From: Bacteroidota bacterium
Lineage (GTDB): Bacteria > Bacteroidota > Bacteroidia > Bacteroidales > FEN-979
Length of the DNA: 61,648 nucleotides
Assembly (NCBI GenBank): GCA_037131145.1
Contig: JBAXRP010000003.1
Coordinates: 1 to 61,648, forward strand
Direction: 5' to 3'
The position numbers were made by a program, and so were the translations under genes. The notes under the pieces were generated by a model that was given only the letters and a program-made list of their open reading frames with translations, was not told the origin of the DNA and ran no database searches. This document shows, in pieces, positions 48,733-57,575 of the stretch (within the stretch, counting starts at the first letter, position 1; every line of letters begins with the position of its first letter).

Positions 48733-49788
48733 TTTCCCATTCGCTCCCGTCGCCACCTGATTCACCACCTCAAAAATGCTGATATTCACCGGACAAGAAG
48801 TAGTGCATTTACCGCAACCCACACAAAGGTTCTCACCAAAGCGCTCCTTGTAGTAAACGAACTTGTGCATTGCGCGTTGCCTCCAGCGGCGGTACTTGGC
48901 AGGGCGCGGGTTGTGACCTCCAGCCATGAGGGTAAAATAACCGTTGTTGCAGGAGTCGTAACTCTTGTAACGAACGCCGGTATCCCTTACCTTTTCATCC
49001 GAGATTTTAAAGCAATGACAGGTTGGACAAACAAACGCGCAGGTATTGCAACTAACGCAGTTTGCCGATACGTTCTCAAACTCAGGTGTGTCGAAGATCT
49101 TAGAGAGTTTTGAGTTCACTTCGGCATAGTTCATCTTTAAACGGAAAGAAGTCTCGAAGGCCATGTACTGCTTCTTAAGCTCAGGGTTGGCGGAATCTTC
49201 AGTGACGTGTGACAGGTGACGGGTGAAATCCTCCGAAAGAAATTCCACACCTTTATTTGTTCTTGGCGTTATATAGATCTTCCCATCCGTTCCGTTCACG
49301 ATCAGCACATCCATGGCATTAAGATTCTCCACGTCATAATCGAGCGAGGTGCAGAAGCAATGAATTGCAGCATTGTCGCAGCGGGTTGAAATGACAACGG
49401 TATTCTGGCGGCGTTTCTTATAGTCCGTATCAATGTAATCCCAATTGTAAACTTTGTCCAAAACCTGCAGACTGCGAGCGTCGCAATGTTTCATACCAAT
49501 TATCACGCGCTTTCCGGCGAGAGGATCTTCGTCGGTCTCCATCACATCAGTACCGGCGCTGGTTGCAGTATATTTCATGATCTTTGCCGACCGCGGGAAG
49601 AAGAGCGGTTTGGCGCTCATGGTTTTCTCGATGGGCGAATTGGGATCACAGGCCGAAAGGCTGGTCACCAGTTTGAAATCGTATTTCCCGAATTTCTCGA
49701 CCGGGGCGTAGGTCTCATTTTTGGCTATTACAGCTTCATAAAATTTCTGCAAGCCTGCTTTATCTGTTATAAATATTTCAACGCTCAT
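48730..49788 (-). CDS. flxB: 4Fe-4S dicluster protein FlxB (AsrA/HydB-like)
   Basis: HCD, CFCTS, CVSCNTCAFVCPTCHCF, CVGCGKCTTSCP. Confidence 0.85.
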   Translation of the reverse strand: MSVEIFITDKAGLQKFYEAVIAKNETYAPVEKFGKYDFKLVTSLSACDPNSPIEKTMSAKPLFFPRSAKIMKYTATSAGTDVMETDEDPLAGKRVIIGMKHCDARSLQVLDKVYNWDYIDTDYKKRRQNTVVISTRCDNAAIHCFCTSLDYDVENLNAMDVLIVNGTDGKIYITPRTNKGVEFLSEDFTRHLSHVTEDSANPELKKQYMAFETSFRLKMNYAEVNSKLSKIFDTPEFENVSANCVSCNTCAFVCPTCHCFKISDEKVRDTGVRYKSYDSCNNGYFTLMAGGHNPRPAKYRRWRQRAMHKFVYYKERFGENLCVGCGKCTTSCPVNISIFEVVNQVATGANGK

Positions 49789-49802
49789 AATTCAGGTTCG
49801 GA

Positions 49803-50666
49803 TTACATAATAAAATCATCGGGATCCTTCATGCTGTATTTGTAAAACGCACCGCGATCGCCTTCGTGAACGCCGGCAAGGTGTTCCTGGAAATTCTCGT
49901 AGATCACCTGCTCGTTCTGCTTATGCAGCAGATGAAGTGGCAAATGGCTCGGACACGCTTTCTCGCAGTTTCGGCAATCAACGCACCGACCGGCCAGGTG
50001 CAACGACCAGGTCATCAGGGCATGGAATGCTGAAGATGTTGTGTTGGCGCCATTATACAACGTGGAGGTCTCCTGATCAATGCAGCATTTTGCACAATAG
50101 CAGAGCGGACAGGAGTGGCGACAGGCATTGCAGCGGATGCAGTTCTCGAACACCTCCTCGAAGTATTCCCGCCGTTGGACGAGATCTTTGGATCCGAGTT
50201 CCTGAACATCCGCATTTATTTTGTAGATCGGGGTCTCAGACCCTGATTTACCCGGATTTCCAACCATCTCATCGGCCACAACAGCATCGGGAAACATGCA
50301 CTCCACGCAGTTTTGCATCTTTTTCCCTGCATCGTCCACAACTCCATCGCAGGCGATGCCGACCACATAGAGTTTCTCACGTTTTACCTGGCTTTCGGTA
50401 AGCAGAAGGTTCAGCGAGCGACTGTCGCAGCCCTTCACCACGAGTCCCACGCGCTTGTTGCGTGTATGCTCATGCTTGAGGTAGTTGGTTAGGTTGAAAA
50501 CCGATTGATCGTTGAATACCAGTCTGAAAACATCTGCCGCCCCGGTAATGATCGCCGGAACCTGGTTATTGTCGAACCCGGTCAGGCGGTAACCAACAAA
50601 AGCATCAATCTTATCTTCGGCAAAGAGCTTCGCGGCGATCTCCTGGATTTGTTTCGTGTAGTCCAT
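49803..50666 (-). CDS. flxC: 4Fe-4S protein FlxC
   Basis: KGCDSR, CIRCNACRHSCPLCYC..C, HLAGRCVDCRNCEKACP. Confidence 0.8.
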   Translation of the reverse strand: MDYTKQIQEIAAKLFAEDKIDAFVGYRLTGFDNNQVPAIITGAADVFRLVFNDQSVFNLTNYLKHEHTRNKRVGLVVKGCDSRSLNLLLTESQVKREKLYVVGIACDGVVDDAGKKMQNCVECMFPDAVVADEMVGNPGKSGSETPIYKINADVQELGSKDLVQRREYFEEVFENCIRCNACRHSCPLCYCAKCCIDQETSTLYNGANTTSSAFHALMTWSLHLAGRCVDCRNCEKACPSHLPLHLLHKQNEQVIYENFQEHLAGVHEGDRGAFYKYSMKDPDDFIM

Positions 50667-51148
50667 TATTTCTCGAAGTTTTCTTTTTTATACAAATGAA
50701 GCGGTCCGAGTTTCTTAATATCCTCGGTAACCTTGGCTACCACTTTGGCGAACTTGGGACCTTCGGCAGCCGACACCCAGGAAAACTGTATGCGGTTTTC
50801 ATGATAACCGATGAAGTTCAGCAGTTTCTTGGTCACCAGAAAACGGCGGCGGGCGTAATAATTTCCGCTGATATAATGGCAATCGCCGGGATGGCATCCC
50901 GAAACGAGCACTCCATCGGCAGTAGTTTGTAGCGATTTGATCAGGAACCACGGATCCACGCGCGACGAACACGGTACGCGGATAATGCGAATGTTGGGCG
51001 GATACTGGATGCGCGATGTCCCGGTGAGATCCGAACCGGCATAAGAACACCAGTTGCAAAGAATACCCATGATTACCGGTTCCCAGTTTGGCGGAGCAAC
51101 GATCTCGGGCTTTTCGATGCTTACAAGTTGATTTGTTACTGCTTCCAT
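50666..51148 (-). CDS. flxD: MvhD-like 2Fe-2S subunit FlxD
   Basis: CNWCSY, RVPCSSRV, GCHPGDCHY, WVSAAEG. Confidence 0.92.
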   Translation of the reverse strand: MEAVTNQLVSIEKPEIVAPPNWEPVIMGILCNWCSYAGSDLTGTSRIQYPPNIRIIRVPCSSRVDPWFLIKSLQTTADGVLVSGCHPGDCHYISGNYYARRRFLVTKKLLNFIGYHENRIQFSWVSAAEGPKFAKVVAKVTEDIKKLGPLHLYKKENFEK

Positions 51149-53121
51149 CAGATTGAAACTATCTCGTTAATTAATTGAGGATCGGTAAAACCAGCCAGAT
51201 TGATTGCCATGCTGCGGCAAATTGCTACGCATGAACCGCATCCCTGGCAAACGCCTTCGTTGATCTTTGCAACCGTGCGAAGTTCCTTTGAACCATGACC
51301 CATTGGAACCTCGTCGGTGACGATGGCGCCGTAAGGACAAACCTTTACACAGTTCTGGCATCCTGAACAATATTCGTTGTTGATGGTGGAAACCATCGGG
51401 TCTTTTTTCATCGTATCGCCAGCGAAAAGTCCGCAAACCTTGGCGGCACATGCCGAAGCCTGCGCTACAGTTTCGGGAATGTCCTTGGGCGCCTGAGTAC
51501 AACCGGCAAGGAAAATACCGGCTTTGGCGGTCTCCACGGGGCGAAGTTTTGGATGCGCTTCCGACAGGTAACCATATTTATCGTAAGAAATACCAAGCAA
51601 CCTGGCGAGATCGGGATTGTCTTTGGGAGCAATCACAGCGGTGGCAAGCACAACAAGGTCGGCTTCCACTTCCACAACCTGACCGATCTGGGCATCTTCG
51701 CCGCGAACCATCAGTTTGTCGCCTTTTTTGTAAATTTTTGAAACACGTCCGCGGAGGTAGGTTGCTGCGGTATCCATCTGCGCTTTCTTTACAAACTCTT
51801 CGTATCCCTTGCCGGCTGCGCGGATATCCATGTAGAAAACATAAGCATGCGAATCGTGGACTTTGTGGTGCAGCAGAATGGTGTGTTTGGTGGTGTACAT
51901 GCAGCAAATCTTCGAGCAGTACTCAATTCCCTTTGCTTCGTCGCGGGATCCGATGCACTTGATGAAGACCACATTCTTTGGAACCTTGCCGTCAGAAGGT
52001 CTTAACGGAAGTCCGTTAGTTGGTCCATTGGCAGAAACCATTCGTTCAAATTCGAGCGAAGTGATGATATCCTTGAAACGGCCAACGCCATACTCTTCAT
52101 AAGGTTTGGGATCCCACATGTCGTAACCGGTCGCCACAACCACGGCGCCGATCTCGCGTTCGATGATCTCGTCCTGCATCTTGTAGTCAATCGCTCCTGG
52201 CAGACATACCTTGGCGCAGATCCCGCACTTTCCCTTGGTTAGCATGGTGCAGTGTTCGGCATCGATCACCGGTTTGTTGGGAACCGCTTGCGGGAATGGC
52301 GTATAGATCGCCTTCCGCTTGTCAATGCCCATGTTGTATTCGTTGGGAACCTTTACCGGGCACTTTTGCCAGCAGGCGCCGCAGCCGGTACAGGTTTTGA
52401 AGTTTACATAAGACGCCTTCTTTTTGATCTTTACTTTATAATTGCCAACGAACCCTTGCAGTTCGAGCACTTCCGCGTAAGGGATCAATTCGATGTAAGG
52501 ATGTGAAGCAACGTCCACCATCTTTGGGGTGAGTATGCACTGCGAACAGTCTAATGTTGGGAATGTTTCATCCAACTGCGCCATTTTTCCGCCGATGGAT
52601 GGGCTTTTTTCAACAAGTACAACCGGGATGCGGGCGTCGGCAATGTCGAGAGCTGCCTGAATACCGGCAATCCCTCCGCCGATCACGAGTGCGCGTTTGG
52701 TCACAGGAACTGAAATTTCATGCAACTGTTCGTTGGCAATTGATTTAGCTACCGCCATGCGGATCAGATCGCAAGCCTTTTCGGTTGCGGCTTTTTTATC
52801 TTTCTGGTGAACCCAGGATGAGTGTTCGCGGATGTTTGCCACCTCGAGAAGGTATGGATTCATCCCGGCGTCCGAAAGGGCTTTCCGAAAGGTCTTCTCG
52901 TGCATGCGCGGCGAACAGGCAGCCACCACGATGGAGGTGAGCCTGTGCTGAGCGATGGCATCCCGGATCTGTTGCTGACCGGGATCGGAACACATGTATT
53001 TATAGTCGATGGCAAATCTTACGTCGCGGATCCGCCTGGCTTCCTCAACCACCTGCGGCACATCCACGTAGTCGGCGATATTGGCGCCGCAAAAACATAC
53101 GAAAACTCCTACTCTGGCCAT
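51148..53121 (-). CDS. hdrA: Heterodisulfide reductase subunit A
   Basis: GVFVCFCG.NIA, AACSPR.HE, IGGGIAG, TFPTLDCSQC, CSKICC, ferredoxin motifs. Confidence 0.97.
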   Translation of the reverse strand: MARVGVFVCFCGANIADYVDVPQVVEEARRIRDVRFAIDYKYMCSDPGQQQIRDAIAQHRLTSIVVAACSPRMHEKTFRKALSDAGMNPYLLEVANIREHSSWVHQKDKKAATEKACDLIRMAVAKSIANEQLHEISVPVTKRALVIGGGIAGIQAALDIADARIPVVLVEKSPSIGGKMAQLDETFPTLDCSQCILTPKMVDVASHPYIELIPYAEVLELQGFVGNYKVKIKKKASYVNFKTCTGCGACWQKCPVKVPNEYNMGIDKRKAIYTPFPQAVPNKPVIDAEHCTMLTKGKCGICAKVCLPGAIDYKMQDEIIEREIGAVVVATGYDMWDPKPYEEYGVGRFKDIITSLEFERMVSANGPTNGLPLRPSDGKVPKNVVFIKCIGSRDEAKGIEYCSKICCMYTTKHTILLHHKVHDSHAYVFYMDIRAAGKGYEEFVKKAQMDTAATYLRGRVSKIYKKGDKLMVRGEDAQIGQVVEVEADLVVLATAVIAPKDNPDLARLLGISYDKYGYLSEAHPKLRPVETAKAGIFLAGCTQAPKDIPETVAQASACAAKVCGLFAGDTMKKDPMVSTINNEYCSGCQNCVKVCPYGAIVTDEVPMGHGSKELRTVAKINEGVCQGCGSCVAICRSMAINLAGFTDPQLINEIVSI

Positions 53122-54065
53122 TATTCAACCTCGCTTTCTGCTTCAACAGCTTTTTTGGGTTTCTTGATCTTTTCTGTTTCGGGCTCGATCTTCCCGATGT
53201 TGGCAAGCGCCCCTTCCACGGGAACGATGTGCTTGCTGAACATCATATCCTTTTCCGGCATCCCGAAGGCCAAAGCCATGAGTTGCGTGAAGTAGAAAAT
53301 CGGAATATCGAGCTTTTTTCCGGTGTGCTTTTCAATGTCGGGTTGCCGCATGTCGAGATTCGACTGACAAAGCGGACAAGCCACAACAATTGCATGAGCG
53401 CCGCTCTCCTTTGCCATTTCAAGGATCTGTCCGCTGAGGTTGATCACTACTTCCGTGTTTGAAATAGAGAAAGAGGCGCCGCAACATTCGGTCTTGTAAT
53501 CGAATTCGGTGGCTTTGGCGCCGAGCGCTTCCACGATCTGATCCATGGATATTGGATATTCGGGGGAGTCGAAATTGGTGATGTTCTTTGGGCGGGTAAG
53601 CAGGCAGCCGTAGTAACAGGCGAGCTTCATCCCGGCCAGTGACTTTGTGACTTTTGCCTTGATCGCCTCCAGTCCCACATCCTCGTAACAATATTGCAGC
53701 ATGGATTTCACTTCTACCTTCCCTTCGTATGTTCCCTCTTCAATTACGGTGGTGTTAATCTGTTTGGCTAAAGCAGGATCGGCATCCATGTGGTGTTTGG
53801 TCACTTTCAGCCGCTGGTAGCAGGAGGCGCAGGGGATTGCCATGGTGGTGTTGTCGAGTTTTTCTGCAAGTACCAGGTTCCTCAGCGGAAGGGCATACGC
53901 GAGCGTTTCGCTCATGGTATGGGCAGAGGTGGCGCCGCAGCAGTTCCAGTCGGGGAGTTCCTCCATTTCAACATCGAGGCTCTTCATGACCATCTTCACG
54001 GTCTTGTCGAATTCCTCGCTGGTGCCATGCGCGGAACAACCCGGGAAATAGGTTAGTTTCTTCAT
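53121..54065 (-). CDS. hdrB: Heterodisulfide reductase subunit B
   Basis: YFPGC, WNCCG, YYGCL, ECCG, CPLCQ.NLD. Confidence 0.95.
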   Translation of the reverse strand: MKKLTYFPGCSAHGTSEEFDKTVKMVMKSLDVEMEELPDWNCCGATSAHTMSETLAYALPLRNLVLAEKLDNTTMAIPCASCYQRLKVTKHHMDADPALAKQINTTVIEEGTYEGKVEVKSMLQYCYEDVGLEAIKAKVTKSLAGMKLACYYGCLLTRPKNITNFDSPEYPISMDQIVEALGAKATEFDYKTECCGASFSISNTEVVINLSGQILEMAKESGAHAIVVACPLCQSNLDMRQPDIEKHTGKKLDIPIFYFTQLMALAFGMPEKDMMFSKHIVPVEGALANIGKIEPETEKIKKPKKAVEAESEVE

Positions 54066-54077
54066 ATTTTGAATGAA

Positions 54078-54650
54078 TTACTGATGCTTCTTTTCTAATT
54101 TTTCGGCTAATTTGAACATGCGCTGGATGGCTTTTGCGCTCTTGACCGATTTCACCCCCAGCGGGATTTTGCCTTTCAGCAGGGCTTTCGGCGCCAGGTG
54201 CATGTCTTTGAACAGGTTGCGGGTACGGATGTTGAACTCGGCCATCATGCGGAGTTCATAGTTGCGGCCGTACCGTTTGATCATATCGAGGAAGATCTTG
54301 TGGAATGTCCGGATCTCTTTGACTTTTGTTGAATCGTTGATATAGTTTTGTTCGATGGCTATATGCCGTATAGCCTCCATCACAGCCGGAATTTCGATCT
54401 CGCGCGGACACCTTCCCGAACAGGCCGAGCAGGTGAGGCAAAACCAGGTGGAGTTGGCCATCATGGTCTCATTTTTCAGCCCCAGCTTGACCATCTGCAT
54501 GATCTCGCGCGGAGGAAAATCCATGTACTGCGACACCGGGCAGGTGCTCACGCACTTGCCGCATTGGTAACATTCCAGTACGTTGGCGCCGCTCCTTGCG
54601 TTGACTTCGGGCAGGAAAGTGTTTGGTCCCTGTGTTCCAAGAATTATCAT
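54078..54650 (-). CDS. hdrC: Heterodisulfide reductase subunit C
   Basis: CYQCGKCVSTCP, WFCLTCSACSGRCP. Confidence 0.95.
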   Translation of the reverse strand: MIILGTQGPNTFLPEVNARSGANVLECYQCGKCVSTCPVSQYMDFPPREIMQMVKLGLKNETMMANSTWFCLTCSACSGRCPREIEIPAVMEAIRHIAIEQNYINDSTKVKEIRTFHKIFLDMIKRYGRNYELRMMAEFNIRTRNLFKDMHLAPKALLKGKIPLGVKSVKSAKAIQRMFKLAEKLEKKHQ

Positions 54651-54684
54651 AGCACAGTTTTATGTTGTTAATCAACTAACAGCG

Positions 54685-54692
54685 CAAAAGTA
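54685..54692 (-). promoter_or_regulatory. -7 promoter element for the hdr-flx operon
   Basis: TACTTTTG 35 nt upstream of hdrC. Confidence 0.6.
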
Positions 54693-54724
54693 AAAAAAGA
54701 TTCTTTTGGAAAGGTTCTAAATTT

Positions 54725-55030
54725 ATGGGCTGGGTATCATCCGGGACACCTGAAAGCGACGAAGCAGACATTCCTGGTTTGTTGGTTGACGAATATGAAA
54801 AGAAACATTATCCAATATCGTCCCCTGACCCGATTGAAGCCATAAAAATCAGAATGCAGGAACTGCAACTGAAGCAGGTTGACCTGGTTGATGAAATCGG
54901 TGGGAAAAGCAGGGTCTCCGAAATTCTCAACAGAAAGCGCAAACTCACTTTGGAAATTATTCGCAAATTAACAAACAGGTTGAATCTTTCAGCCGATTTG
55001 TTGATCATGGATTATCAGGTTTCGAGATAA
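54725..55030 (+). pseudogene. higA: N-terminally truncated HigA-type antitoxin (Xre HTH)
   Basis: GTPESDEAD...YEKKHYPI..PDPIEAIKIRM...KSRVSEILNRKRKL; usual N-terminal helix absent and no higB upstream. Confidence 0.7.
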
Positions 55031-55260
55031 TGGCAGAAATTTGCTTCCCGGCAAACATAGAATAATTAACTGAGTTTACCCATGCCTTCCTTCAGGATTT
55101 AGTGATAATAAAACCTTTTCCTTTCTATAATCCTGTCATTAAAATACTGGCAGGGAGATGCCCAGGAAGATAGGAACTGAAACTTTAATGTCGGATGCCT
55201 TAGTTTATGCCCTCAGGATAAATCCCGGGTTTGCCCTTCAAACTCATTAGCTTAGAGATA

Positions 55261-55317
55261 CGGGGACTAAAGTCCCCCGGGGGCTAATTGGCGTACTGCC
55301 GGGGACTTCAGTCCCCG
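55261..55317. repeat. REP-like inverted doublet of palindromes
   Basis: CGGGGACTAAAGTCCCC ... GGGGACTTCAGTCCCCG. Confidence 0.8.
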
Positions 55318-55493
55318 AATAGCCGACAATATATCGGAAGACTCCCAACCCCAGGTTTTAACATGGGGGCATTACAAAGGGCATCCTGCCCAAAAGGAGT
55401 CAGCCTCAAACTGCGACCCTGATCACCCGGGAGTTCAAGAACTTCTCCCTGAGTTAGATGGCAGGGTTTGAATAAAAGATGGAATTTCGGCTG

Positions 55494-55898
55494 TTACATG
55501 GTCCAATTTGCAAGTTCAAGACCTTGTACTCGATTGAAGTGATCTGAATTGTTGGTTACCAGTTGCAATTTGCTTGTAATCGCAATACCTGCAATCAAAG
55601 TATCTGTATGGACAATTTCAGTTCCCTTTTTTCTAAGGTCGGACTGAATGCTGGCAGCGGTTTTTGCCATACGCATTGTGAGCGGTATTACTCTGTTTAA
55701 TAGTACAAAGTCTTCAAATTTTGCCAATTGTTTCCTTGCGTCTTTATATAACAGTCCGTTGAGAATTTCGTAATAGGTTATAACGCTTAAATTTATGAAA
55801 CCATAAGCCTTAAGGTGTTCGTCAACTTTATCTATCACTTGCGGATTGCCCCGTAAAAACTCCGATAGGATATCGGTATCAAGCATGGATGGTTTCAT
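55494..55898 (-). CDS. vapC: VapC PIN-domain toxin
   Basis: MLDTDIL, SVITYYEI..G, DTLIAGIA, LVTNN..HF.RV.GL..NW. Confidence 0.9.
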   Translation of the reverse strand: MKPSMLDTDILSEFLRGNPQVIDKVDEHLKAYGFINLSVITYYEILNGLLYKDARKQLAKFEDFVLLNRVIPLTMRMAKTAASIQSDLRKKGTEIVHTDTLIAGIAITSKLQLVTNNSDHFNRVQGLELANWTM

Positions 55899-56137
55899 CT
55901 GTTTTCAATATTCCGGGCAAAAAGTTCATTCCTGACTTTTTTAGTATGGTTCAGAAAGTCCGCATTATCCTCGCTGCTCATATCGCCAAAAGCTCCGCCA
56001 AAAGAGAGAATTTTCTTTCTTGAGTTATCTGTTATTTTTGTTGCCGGGGTCATGGAATGAATAAACTCATAAATTTCTTCCAACCGGTTAACCGGAACAT
56101 CTTTAATCTCTTTTATTATGGTGTTTATCGTCAGCAT
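55895..56137 (-). CDS. Putative cognate antitoxin (VapB-like)
   Basis: 80 aa; ATGA overlap with vapC; TATCTTTG promoter element at 56156-56163. Confidence 0.7.
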   Translation of the reverse strand: MLTINTIIKEIKDVPVNRLEEIYEFIHSMTPATKITDNSRKKILSFGGAFGDMSSEDNADFLNHTKKVRNELFARNIENR

Positions 56138-56237
56138 GGTTGTCTGATTTTATATCAAAGATAAAGAAAAAACTGACTGCTTATTTTGGCATCTTAAAAA
56201 GGTTGAGAGGCAGATCAACTGCCGTTTGAAGAGTTTT

Positions 56238-56295
56238 GGGCTGAAGCCCGATGAATAAAACATCGAGACGCGTTATTCGCAGCCTAAAGTCTGCG
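56238..56295. repeat. REP-like palindrome pair
   Basis: GGGCTGAAGCCC (56238-56249) and CGCAGCCTAAAGTCTGCG (56278-56295). Confidence 0.6.
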
Positions 56296-56361
56296 GTAAA
56301 CGGTAGGCTAAATATTTTCTGATTATTTTTCAAGAATTCTTGAAAAAGATTGCCAGAATTA

Positions 56362-56706
56362 TTACAACTCAACCCCGTTTAAAGCTTTAATGATTTTCTC
56401 AAGAATACTGATAGGTCCAATATACTTTTCTAATTCTGCAACCGCAGATGAGGTGTCAAAATCTTCCTGTATAATCTCAGGAAATAGGTCGAGAAATATT
56501 TTGAGAAATAAATCTTTTTACCCATGACTGCCCTTTGGGTTTAAAAACTCCGTTAAAATCGCTGAATGAAGCCTCACTTCGTTCGTTTCAAGTTGCAAAG
56601 TTTTAAAAACGTTAAAGTTCTCGCCCGAAAATTGGAAGATCAAGTCATAGTGTTTTTGAAGTGAAGCAACTTCTTTCAATAATACTTCTGCATAAGGAAT
56701 ATCCAT
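56362..56706 (-). pseudogene. Disrupted PD-(D/E)XK nuclease-family gene (N-terminal fragment)
   Basis: GENFNVF...NEVRLHSAILTEFLNPKGSHG, in-frame TAA at 56518-56520, then KDLFLKIFL...EKYIG; catalytic part missing. Confidence 0.7.
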
Positions 56707-56793
56707 AATGTTCTGGTTAATTATTGAGGTTTCTTTTCCATGAAATATAAATAACGTACTGGTTGGTTTACAGATCAATTATTCGTGAAACTA

Positions 56794-57321
56794 CTATAAA
56801 ATATCAAACCATTCAATAATATTCCCAATTGATGTTTTATTGCTTGCCCAAAGCACAACCCTCCCGCATGCCACCGCATCCTCCAGCGCATCATGATGCC
56901 GGAATTCTATCCCCAACTGCATGGCTAAGTTAGCCAGATTGTACCCGCCTTCAAGATTGACCCAGGTTTTTCGGGCTACCTGAACAGAATCGAGCCATTT
57001 TACATCAAAAGGTTCCAGTCCGTATTTATCAAAGGCTTTCCCGAAGGCAACCCGGTCGAAGGGCGAATGATGCACCACGATTTGGTTTTCGAGCATTTGA
57101 CGGAGAATCGGGTAAACTTTCGGAAAAGTTGGCTTTCGTTTCACCATTTTGGGCGTGATGCCGTGGATTTCAATGAACCGCCAATGGAAATAGTCCTGTG
57201 GATCGATGTATGACTTCCAGGTGTCAACCAATGACCCATCTTCAAATACCCCAATGCCGATCTGGCAGATGGTGGATTGATCAGGGTTGGCGGTTTCGAC
57301 GTCGAGTGCGTAGAATTTCAT
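56794..57321 (-). CDS. DEDDh 3'-5' exonuclease (DNA pol III epsilon-like)
   Basis: ALDVETAN, HGIT, FDR, HHDALEDA; TACCTTTG at 57413-57420. Confidence 0.9.
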   Translation of the reverse strand: MKFYALDVETANPDQSTICQIGIGVFEDGSLVDTWKSYIDPQDYFHWRFIEIHGITPKMVKRKPTFPKVYPILRQMLENQIVVHHSPFDRVAFGKAFDKYGLEPFDVKWLDSVQVARKTWVNLEGGYNLANLAMQLGIEFRHHDALEDAVACGRVVLWASNKTSIGNIIEWFDIL

Positions 57322-57548
57322 GTTTTTATTTTTACGACCGCCGCAGCCCGGATTTGCAGTTGATGAACGCTGATGTTTTCTGATACCATGACACGGTGTT
57401 TTATTTCGGGGTCAAAGGTAAGGCACGGGGACGACAAAGGGTGACGTTGGGGAATCGAAGCCTTTTACAAAAAACTCAAAACTATTTACTTTTGTGGGAA
57501 AAATCCAATTCTTTAAATATACGCCATTAGTAATAGTGAATTATTGCA

Positions 57549-57574
57549 TATATTTGCATTGGCAATGCAAATAT
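57549..57574 (+). promoter_or_regulatory. Promoter (TATATTTG) overlapped by a perfect 12-bp inverted repeat
   Basis: ATATTTGCATTG-G-CAATGCAAATAT at 57550-57574, immediately before ATG 57576. Confidence 0.65.
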
Positions 57575-57575
57575 T

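Noticed and set aside
50666-53121. Selenocysteine in HdrA or MvhD/FlxD
   Set aside because: Both ORFs are uninterrupted, with Cys at the conserved positions
48373-54675. Many overlapping and antisense ORFs (60-170 aa) across hdr-flx
   Set aside because: Shadow ORFs expected from higher GC and codon bias; no recognisable motifs
56181-56372. 63-aa ORF upstream of vapBC
   Set aside because: Runs through REP-like palindromes; no coding features
57330-57385. Degenerate short repeat-like tracts (also near 42550-42580 and 47761-47800)
   Set aside because: Too degenerate to define a repeat unit by eye
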